From: a virus
Length of the DNA stretch: 64,000 bases
Reading direction: 5' to 3' (one strand)
IMG/VR virus record: IMGVR_UViG_3300006076_000002
Coordinates: 1-64,000 of that record
The translations under genes were made by a program, and so were the position numbers. The notes beneath the pieces are model-generated. The model ran no database searches. It saw only the letters and a program-made list of their open reading frames with translations, and was not told the origin of the DNA. This document shows positions 48,317 to 58,500 of this stretch, one piece after another. Each line of letters begins with the position of its first letter. Position 1 is the first letter of the stretch.

Positions 48317-51300
48317 CTACAGTCCTCTATGGATAGCCTCAACTAGTGGGATTTCTGTCCCACCATTAAGTAGACTGCCCAAACCGTGGAATGGATTAAT
48401 TCTATTCCAGAATACAGAGAACAAGTTACTATCAAAGATATCCGATTCATCACCCAACACTGCTTGCTCTAATTTACTAGCTGCAACTCTTGCCGGTGAT
48501 TCCTTCAGCATTTTAATATTAACTCTCTGTATATTTGCAAAATACGTCCAAAATGCTTCAGGACCCATTCTCTCTAACCATCTGACAGTTTTACTGTTTA
48601 TAACTTTGCTATAGTTAATAAAGCTATCCGTAACAAACCTGAATACATCCTCCTCATTCTCACCTTTTTCCATCTTAGCCCAATACATAGCAGCTCTAAA
48701 GTGAAAGTCACTCTCTCTAGTAGCTCTCAACAAGAACTTACCTGCTGCACTTCTCTGAGTCAAGAACAACGTCTCAACTGCATCTCTAGCTAATCCTTCA
48801 TCACCTGTAACCTTTTCAGATAATCCTCTCAATTTTTTACTAATTTTATTTGTATCATCATATATTGCAACATCATCAATTACCGACTGGTACAAACCTT
48901 TAGCCATCAATGGTCTCAACGGATTATTATCCAACTTGTACTGCACATCTGATATGTTTCTCTCAAGATTAGCTTTTTTACTCCCACTAGCACCTTTAAC
49001 CAATCTCTGCAATCTATGTAACTCCTCCTCATCTTTTTTCCAGGTATCTAATGATCTAATACTTTTAATCATCAACGTAATTGCCTGTCTCACCGGCACT
49101 CCGCTATAAAACAGTATCCTCATATTCGACAGTATATTATTCCATATAGTACTAGGTAATCTGACAACCACATTACCTTTGAGCAATCCTATGAAATCCT
49201 TCCAGTAACTTTCAACAACCTGTACTTTATATTTAGTTCCAACATCCACCTTATTAAATATTTTCATATCTGTAATACTCGGCTCTTGATATCCGAATAA
49301 CTGAGCTATCAAATCTTTACGTATATAAATCTCTCTCCTTGGATTGTCATCTACACTTTTAAGCTGTTCTTCCATTGTCATACGATATCTTTTATCTGTA
49401 TCATGTATTCTCTTATACACCTCAGTACCAGGCTTTTTAGCATCTTCACGTATTTTAGCCTTATCTACTTCTATGTTATGCTTAATAATATTATCTCTGG
49501 CATCTGGCGGTAACAATCCCCATAGTTCCTCACCTTCAGTTTTAATCCCATATTTACCTTTATCCAGTAACTCTTTATTACCATTCTTATACATCTCACG
49601 TCTAGTCTCTTCACTTAAGTCAAAATCCTTAGCTCTTACGTGTATAAACAATCTCGAAGTATCTTTAGTTGGATCGTTAGACTTAATATAACTATCTGCA
49701 TAATCCTTATACAATATCCTAAGTACCTTTTGATTCTCCTTATCTGTCATCGGTTGTGTGCCTACGTGTCCCTCACTCTTAGCCAACACTTCTGCACCTC
49801 TAGTATCTAATTCTAAATATCTAATTTTGTCTTTCTTGCTAATTCCGTACCTAAAATCTGTTATATACCCTTGATCATTGAACACTGGATGCATATTTCC
49901 TATATTTTCACCATCCATATATTTTTGCACTAATGCACTCCTACTTCTTATATACAACTTCCATACAGCATCTTCAGTCAATCCTGGATTTGACATTCTT
50001 ATCTTATCTCTAAGTAGCAGCCCTTGCACTTTTTCTCTCTGCAGACCTACCGAACCATCTACACGTCCAGCTACCTGCAAGTTACTATTTACATACTTTC
50101 CGTACTGCACTGGATCAGCATCCTTCAAGTCTCTATCTAGCACTTCAACCAGTGTAAACCCTAACTCATTCATCTTTTTCTTCTCAGATACCGGAGCTAT
50201 CTGTAGTTCTCTATTCCTATTGTAAGTATCTCTCACCTGCCCTTTTACATAGCTTTGAGGTTCATACTTATCATACTCCTCTTTCACAGCTACCTGCAAT
50301 CCTTTAGCGTACTCTGTATATGCCATAACCCCATCAGGATCTTTCTCCAGTAATTCCAGCATAGTATCTTTAGCTTTGTCATCTATATGTGTCAATGCGT
50401 ACAACGATATCAGCTTATCCACATCTTTAACTAACTTCTCATCCACTTCTGTTTCCCAGTAAGGCTTCATCTCTATGTGTGTACCAAACCCTCTAACTAT
50501 GTTCTCTGCATTGGTTCTCAACCCTACCCCAGTAACCGCATACTGAGCAGCTTTGTGTGCATCCTTAGTTATCGCTTTATACCAGAAGTCACTACCTTGC
50601 TTAGCTATTTTAGCCTCTAATTCTTTAATATCTTTCCCAGGATTAGTTATATACCCTTTTAAACCATATGCACTCTCAGCATCCAATGCCTGTAGATCTG
50701 CTGACATAATTACTGCTTCCAGTGCATGGTCATACTTCTTATTCTCTTTCTTAAGTAAATCCACTTTCTTAAACATAGTCTTATACACATCTACCAGTGT
50801 ACCTTCATAGTTCTGGTGTCTTAATCTATCTATGTGTGATCTAAACTCCATAGTTAAGTCGGTAACCAGCTCTAATGTCTTTCTACCTGCCGTAAAATCT
50901 GCAAACAACTTTCTCAAGAAGCTATCCTCTGCAATCTTCATAGCTGACAAATAGTTACCCCATAGGATCGCTAGGTGTGGTCTCTGGTACTCATCTGCAC
51001 CTTGTATAGCAGCTTTAAACTTAGGCAGTATTCTAGCTAACTTGATAAACTTGACCAGTATATTGTCACTGTCTTTAGGCCAATTATGCTTTATTGGATT
51101 ATACAAATCATCAAACTCTTGTTGTGTCATACCTTGTTTAGTTACACCTAATGTATTCTGTAGTAAATCATCCACTCTACCCGATATTTTCTTATCTACT
51201 TCATCTAACACTTTATTCAATGTATCTGATACTTTTTCATCTGCATGCTTACCACGTCTCATTGCTGCTTCACTACCGTACTTATCCTTGATAGCCATCA

Positions 51301-52537
51301 ACTTGTATATCGTTTTAACCGTCTCTTCTTCTACATTCTTACCCTTAGCACCTTTAAACTTATGCACCACTTTAGCTAGAAAGTCAGCTATCATATGCAC
51401 TACCTTATCATATGCACTTTTATATTCTTTCTCTTTCTTCTCTGTAGTTATACTTTCTAGTGCATTCTTCATCTGTTTATTCGTCATAGCATATGCCATA
51501 AACTCCTGCAATCTTACAGATGCTGCTCTAGTATCTTCTTTACCTTTTCTACCGAAGATGTAATCATATCTATCTTTAGCAGCATCTTTCTCCGCTTCCG
51601 TATACAACCCATCCTTAACTAAATGTTCTGGTTTCAGAGTCTCTCTAGCCTTCTTATACAGCTCTTGTATCTGTAACTTCAGTGCATCTGCTTCTGTACC
51701 TGCATGTTTATTGTCAAACACCCAATCCAATGCTGCATGTACTACTTCATGTACCAGTGTCTCCTCATTTGTCATAGTTAACCTATTTCTAGCTTCTTGA
51801 CTTAATGTACCTGTCTTTATTTTTATCGGAGCTAGTGGGTCATTCTTATCAAACTGTCCGTAAGGCTCTACCACTTTAGCTATCTGTTCTGTATTCAGCT
51901 TAACTACTGTCTTACCCAGATCCTTACTCAGCTTCATCACATTGCTCAATACTTCATCTAAATGCTTCCCATGTTCACTGTCATACTCTTCACCCATCAG
52001 ACTTTTATCTAGTCTTCTAAGCTCGTCTCTTACATTCAGTATCGTATTTTCTGTACTCTCTTCACCAAGAAACAGTCTATCTATATCCTCATCTGTGAGT
52101 TCATCTTTGTTGTACAGCACATCATTCACGTACCCTCGTTTAATTACCTCTGTAACCCCTGGCATCTCCACCACTGTTCCATTAGCTTTCGTAGCTATAC
52201 TTTTCTCACTACCCCTCTCAAACGTGTACTGGTGATTGTTATCTAGCACAACTGTAGTCTTACCTGCTCTAGGCTTGTATATGACTTTCTTTATACCTAG
52301 TTTCTTACTCTCTCCACTCTTCAGTGGGTCCTTGTTGCTGTAGTGTACCCAGACATCCTTTGGCATGTTATCCTGTAGATATTTCTCTGTAGCCTTTTTA
52401 CGTGACTGCCAGTATACCTTCTCAGCTGTAATCTGCTTAGTGAGAGCTTCTACTTCTCTCTCTAGCTCATCACCTTTATACTTACCTTCTAACTCTTCTC
52501 TTACTTTAGCTTCTATGCTTCTTGTATCACATGCCAT
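48317..52537 (-). CDS. large virion protein, probably the separated C-terminal domain of N4-type virion RNAP
   Basis: 1406 aa, TAATG-coupled to the vRNAP gene; ETLVHEVVH, QEFMAY, FINY; size close to the N4 vRNAP CTD (recalled ~1400 aa). Confidence 0.7.
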   Translation of the reverse strand: MACDTRSIEAKVREELEGKYKGDELEREVEALTKQITAEKVYWQSRKKATEKYLQDNMPKDVWVHYSNKDPLKSGESKKLGIKKVIYKPRAGKTTVVLDNNHQYTFERGSEKSIATKANGTVVEMPGVTEVIKRGYVNDVLYNKDELTDEDIDRLFLGEESTENTILNVRDELRRLDKSLMGEEYDSEHGKHLDEVLSNVMKLSKDLGKTVVKLNTEQIAKVVEPYGQFDKNDPLAPIKIKTGTLSQEARNRLTMTNEETLVHEVVHAALDWVFDNKHAGTEADALKLQIQELYKKARETLKPEHLVKDGLYTEAEKDAAKDRYDYIFGRKGKEDTRAASVRLQEFMAYAMTNKQMKNALESITTEKKEKEYKSAYDKVVHMIADFLAKVVHKFKGAKGKNVEEETVKTIYKLMAIKDKYGSEAAMRRGKHADEKVSDTLNKVLDEVDKKISGRVDDLLQNTLGVTKQGMTQQEFDDLYNPIKHNWPKDSDNILVKFIKLARILPKFKAAIQGADEYQRPHLAILWGNYLSAMKIAEDSFLRKLFADFTAGRKTLELVTDLTMEFRSHIDRLRHQNYEGTLVDVYKTMFKKVDLLKKENKKYDHALEAVIMSADLQALDAESAYGLKGYITNPGKDIKELEAKIAKQGSDFWYKAITKDAHKAAQYAVTGVGLRTNAENIVRGFGTHIEMKPYWETEVDEKLVKDVDKLISLYALTHIDDKAKDTMLELLEKDPDGVMAYTEYAKGLQVAVKEEYDKYEPQSYVKGQVRDTYNRNRELQIAPVSEKKKMNELGFTLVEVLDRDLKDADPVQYGKYVNSNLQVAGRVDGSVGLQREKVQGLLLRDKIRMSNPGLTEDAVWKLYIRSRSALVQKYMDGENIGNMHPVFNDQGYITDFRYGISKKDKIRYLELDTRGAEVLAKSEGHVGTQPMTDKENQKVLRILYKDYADSYIKSNDPTKDTSRLFIHVRAKDFDLSEETRREMYKNGNKELLDKGKYGIKTEGEELWGLLPPDARDNIIKHNIEVDKAKIREDAKKPGTEVYKRIHDTDKRYRMTMEEQLKSVDDNPRREIYIRKDLIAQLFGYQEPSITDMKIFNKVDVGTKYKVQVVESYWKDFIGLLKGNVVVRLPSTIWNNILSNMRILFYSGVPVRQAITLMIKSIRSLDTWKKDEEELHRLQRLVKGASGSKKANLERNISDVQYKLDNNPLRPLMAKGLYQSVIDDVAIYDDTNKISKKLRGLSEKVTGDEGLARDAVETLFLTQRSAAGKFLLRATRESDFHFRAAMYWAKMEKGENEEDVFRFVTDSFINYSKVINSKTVRWLERMGPEAFWTYFANIQRVNIKMLKESPARVAASKLEQAVLGDESDIFDSNLFSVFWNRINPFHGLGSLLNGGTEIPLVEAIHRGL

Positions 52538-55500
52538 TAGTCACACTCCAACTGATCTAGTATTTTATTTGCTATTATATCCATTTCTGGGTTAGTCTCT
52601 GCTTTAACCTCTTGCAAAGGTCTATTAGCTAACGGAGTATCAACCACCTCGTCGGGCTCAACACTATGATTTTCGTACACCAATTCTTTTGGTAATTTAC
52701 TCTTATCTAGTTTATTCTTAGGCACTTTAGGTACGTATTCCTCTTTACCTTCAGCTCTATACTCAGCACCATCTAATGCACTGTGTCCTACACTGAAGTC
52801 AGTCTCAAACAGCACTTTACGACCTTCTTCAGCTCTTTTCTGTAATTGTTCCATCTCTTTCACTGTACTTCTCATTGTAGGTAGATGTGTTATATCTCTC
52901 ATTCTACCAACACTCATCATAGCTATCCTAGCATTATCACTCATATCCATTTCACTGACTGTATTCAGGTACTCGTTGTAAGCATCGCTCAAATCACCAT
53001 CAAGCTTACTCAGGAATGTTTTAACCGCAGCTAACACTTCATTTTGATTCTTACCTATCTCAACTACTAATTCTTTCTGTTCTGCGTATGACAACCCGTC
53101 TAATGCTGTAGGTGCTTCACCTTGTATCATATCGTATATGTCACTTACCGGATTCGTAAGCATCTTTCTAACTACATTCAGTACAGACTCCATAGCCGTA
53201 TCATCTTCTACTTTCTGTATGACTTCTTTATCTACACCATTCAACGTAGCATACAAGCTATCTAGCATCTCTGTAGTTAAACTCCAATCCTTGCTCAAAT
53301 GATATGCAGACTTGTTGTAAGACTTAGTTACACCCATAGCTTTATCTACTGTAGCGAAGTTTGCATCATGCACTCCTAATGCTTCCCACTTAGCTAGCAC
53401 TTCAGCTTGTATCGAAGCATCCTGTGCGTGTATCGGCATTACCGCTCCACTAGTAAACGCAACTACCATCTTGTACAACTCACTGTTAGCTCTCAGCTTA
53501 TCACCGTTAGCTCTCTCTATCTTACCCTGGAGGTTTATAGCAGTGTTCATAGTACCTTCTGTCCAATCACCTTTAGCAGTCTTGAACAGCACCATTTGAT
53601 CCCCATTACCATTGTCTAATGCCATATTTATAATCGGTAAGATAACCTTATTAGCTTTGAGTATAGCATCCACTTCTTTAGTAGTTAACGGTACCCATTT
53701 ACTTTTATGTTTACCCTCATTCTTCTTTTTAGTTTCTATATCTATTTGTTTATTCACTTCTTCTAATGCAATCTTACCTATCAACGCAATCGTACTATTC
53801 GTAGTTCTAGTAGCCTTAATCAATTCTCCATACTGTTCTTCAAATGTATCTCTAATCGGTTTACCAACCACTCTAGCTACATGCTCTTGTACCATCTCGT
53901 AGAAGTTATCCGGTATCTTCATGTTAAGCACATTCATCGGTGTTTTATCTAACTCTGCCCTCAACTTACCTAACCATGCATCTACAGCTTCACTTTGCTT
54001 ATCGTAGTACATTTTCTTACCTGTAGACGGATCTACCATCAAATACGAAGATGCTTTTAATGCTCTCTTCATCAGGTCAAATGCACCCTCTACTTCACTT
54101 ACTTTCTTAGATGTTGCCATCGTAGTCATTAACGCATTCAAGTTACTTTTAGAGGGATATGGTGTACCACTAGTAGATAATGCTCTCTTAGCTATACTAT
54201 TGATAATACCTTTCATACCTGAACCGTAGTTAAGTACCATGAACGGATGTTTCATGAATGCTCTAGATATTTCTTCTATCAGATGTTCTTCACCATCACG
54301 TGTACCTTCTCCAAGTAACTCCATAGCTACTTCCATACCTTGGAGTATACCTTTAGCTCTTTTCTCTATCTCTGCTTGCGTACCTTTAACTAAAGCTGGG
54401 TGTGGAACCGGTTTTCCTATGAAACTTGGTACCGGATCTACAAACTTTAATTCCGCTAACCCTTTACTGTTATCGAGTACTACTCCTTTAATTTCACCCT
54501 TCACATTTATATTTACTTTTTTAGCGTTTTCCACTTTCTGCCTAAATAATTCAGCAGGTTCTTGGTATGCATCTCTCTTAGTCTTATCATCAGCTATTTC
54601 TGAATACTTTGGCACGTGTCCATCTTTTACTCTCATGAATCCACCACGCTCTAATTCTTCAAACGTTTTCTTCATGTCAAGTTTACCACCCTTCACGAAT
54701 ATTGGCATCTGTAGCATCTTGAGTATGTAACCGCTAGTTACTGCATCCGTCTCTAACATGATCGTAGACATATATGCTTCATCACTAGCACTTTCTTTAT
54801 GGTTCATGTACTTGAGTATTTCTATCATACCTTTTATACCATGCTCATCATGCACACCTAGCACATCCACTAACTCTTTCAGATCGTCATTTGTAATATC
54901 TTGTATTGTAGGTATCTTAGCATCACCAAACACTCCATTAACTTTAGCTTCTAACCCTGCATACTGTTTTATAGATTTACCCATAGGTAACTTATCTACA
55001 TCAACACCTAGTGCTTGCCCGATAGCTAACTTTAATATCTTCTCTTCTGTACTACCTAGTTTAACTTCAGCTTTACCCATGTCTGTAGCAAATCTATGCA
55101 ATAGTATTGATTGATGGTCAAATTTACCACCTATGATACCAAATCTAAAGTTTGTAAGTATTCTCCACTTCTGCCAGAATGGTTTCTTACCTTTATCTGT
55201 AGCTTCATACACTTCATCTAGTAGTTTCTTCTGTCTATCTATAGCGTCATTCTTACCTTTAGCACCTTCTCTTTCATTCACATATATCGTATCTGGGTCT
55301 ACTTTACCTAATATCTTATCTAGCAGTGAGTATGGTACATCTTCTCCGTTCTCATCATATCCTGTAGTGTCTGCAATTCCATCTAGCTTATCTAACCCTG
55401 TCATGAAATCTTCACCGATAGTCAATCTTGTATCACTCTGCTTCTTAACTGCTTTAACTCTAGGTTCCGACACTGAGAACAACTTAGACACACTTTGGTG

Positions 55501-58500
55501 TTCAGTAGGCGTATCCTCCATCTCATGCTTGTTATCTTCTGTGTATATACCCAATGAATCCTCAGTAGGTTCTAATACCTTTTCTAAGTCTGTAGTCATA
55601 CCTTTATGTGCTTTAATCAGATCTTTAGCTGTAGTTGTCAAATTGTATGTAACTATATCTGGTTTACCTGCATCTTTATCATTCTCATATATCATTGCAG
55701 CTGGAGTCTTATACCCTTTCTTAAACACCATTTCTTTCTTAAGTTTTATATCTCTATCTTTAGCATTTAGTATTATATACTCAGCTTTCTCTAACGCTAA
55801 CATACCTAGCATACCTAACTCTGCTTTTAGTTTCTGCTCTATATACTCAGTATCTAACCCTTCTGGTGCATCCTTTACAGCTTTAAGTCCTAGTGCTTTC
55901 CAAGCCTTATTACCTATAGTACTTGACACATAATCCATTATTCCATCAAAGTCTTTGATTGACATTCTATCAGTCTGGCTTACCGGAGCATTTTTATCCA
56001 TACCCTTCAACGCTCTTACTGCATTGTTGTCTCTACGTTCTGAGTCAAACTTAGCCATACTATCTGTCAACACTTCTACTGCGCTTGTTGCCAATGCCTC
56101 AGCTACCTTACCGTTTAACTCTAGTTTACCTTTATTAGCGAACTCACCTTCAGGCACTGTATATGCCATTAGCATTCTACTTACACTTTGGAATCCTTCT
56201 ACACTATCTGTACCAAACCACACCATGTTAGCTCTTGCAGATGATAAGTCATTCTCTACTACACTTTGTACACTTCCTGTCAATTTCTTTATAGTTACAC
56301 CTGCAGTAAGCAAGTTCTTCTGTGCTACACTTGACAGTGTTTCCTTTTTCTGTGCTAGTAACTCTCTTAGCACATCTAAAGCTGTAGCATTTAAATTCTT
56401 AGGCTCTGTAGCAGCTTTGAAGAACTCGTGTAAGTAACCTTTGCCGTATGCAACATCTACACCATTTTTAGCTTCAGTAACGTGATGGGATTTATTGTCA
56501 GCAGTCCATGCAAGTATACTACTAGCTACTTTGTTATCTCTTTCAGCTGTTTTATCTATCAGTTCAGATTTCTTTTCTTTGATTGCAGCTTTGGTGTCTT
56601 TTACCTTATTATTAACCTCTTGCATTTGTAATATACGCTTTATGGTTTTCTTTCTAGTTTCTGTTAATTTTCGTTCTTTGCCTTGTGTTTGGTCTTTTAT
56701 GAAATCTTTTTTATATTCAAGCTCATCTTTTTTAGCTACCTTTTTGTCAATAGCCTGTTGTATACTACTTTCTACTTTTTTGTTGGTAGTTTCAGCTAGT
56801 TTATTATACAACGCATCAACACTGCTATCTATGCTTGCTATATAGCTATTTATACGCTTTATACTAGCATTAGACTTTTCTAACTGTTTAGCTGTCCACA
56901 TCCTAGTTTGTATGGCATTTCTGAGTATATGTCTTTTAGTATTTTTAAAGTTATACCCATCTGTCAGTTTATCTAGTGTGTTCTGTTTCTCGTATACTTC
57001 TTTTTCTAGCTCTTTAATTTCAACCTCTAAATTGGCTATTTCTTTATCTATACCTGTTAGCTCTTCTTGCTTAGGTTTTGTGCTCTCTGTATTGCCTTGT
57101 CCAGTACTTTGTTCTGTTCCTGTAGTAGTGCTTTTTTCTTCTGTAACAACTTTAGTTTCTTCATTTTGTTTTGCATCTATTTTTCCTTTATTTAGTAATC
57201 CTAATTTTTTAAGCGCAAATACATTTGCATCTTTTTCATATAATGCAGGATCAGCAGTATATTTTTTTCTGAACTCTTCTTTTCCGTATTTGCCTATCTG
57301 TTGTGTATGTCGATACTCGTGTAATAACAGAAATTTACGTATATCTTGTGGGCTTAGCTTACTTATCGTATCTAAGAAGTCTATACTATAGTCTTTATTT
57401 ATGCTATCTGTAACCTGTTGTTTAGTAAGTATAACCTCTTTAGACTTTTCGTCTTTAAACTCTCTATGAGTACTTAAGTAATCTAATACCTTTTTTGCTG
57501 TAATGTTCTTACTGAGTCTAATTTTACTACCGTCAGAAGAGGTACCAGCCAACTGTCCATTAGAAGCATCTGCCGAGTAGTATCTAATAGGTATACCAGC
57601 TACAGTAGCTGTCTGTACATTCGCATTTTTCTCTTTTACTGCACCTTCTACGACAGGTGCAGCTTCCTCAACCTTTTGCTGCGTAGTTTCAGCTTGTTGT
57701 GGCTTACCTACCTCTAGTGTACCGTTGATAGTGTCTGTAGCTAAACTGTTTATGTCTTGTAGTAACTTGTACTCTTTCTCTAATTTTGCTGTAAACCCTT
57801 CAGACTTTTTACCGTCATACACGTACTTACTTCCAGGATAGTTCACATCTACTTTTAGTTTAGCTAGGTCATTTTTAGCTTTATCTAACCCTGCAGCATC
57901 TTTACCTATAGCCTCTAAGTTTTTGATAGTTTCACGTAAGTTATCAGCCTTCTCTTTATACACTCTTTGAGCAGCTTTAAATGCATCCCTCTTCTCTGCT
58001 TGAGTACTCATAAACTTATTCATAGCTATTATTGCACTATCTCTAGCTGTATCTGATTGAGCGTTTATGACTGCATCTAGGTGTTCTAGCATCCCTAGTT
58101 TTCGCTTACCTTTGTACTCTCCACCAAGCAGCTTTAACGCTAACGATTCATTCTTATTAGCTTTATCTACTACCGTAACCCCATTAAAGTCTTTACTATG
58201 TACCAGATCACTAACCAATTTCTCAGCTTTCAGTTTAGCTAACTCTTTTACCTTTTCACTTTTAACAGTTTCATCTGTTATATCAGCTAACTCTGTCTGA
58301 ACTTCTGCCATATCCTTAGCTATTTCTTTAGGGTCCCTATTCCCTAATATTTCTGATTCACCATTTAGTTTACGTCTAAGGTTCAGAGCATCTTGCAGAT
58401 GTTTAGTAACTAACTCTTTTTCAGTTATTATCTCTGGAGTACTGTCTAATGAATCTAATGTTGTTAAATGAGTCATTAAGTCATCTATATTTTTATTTAA

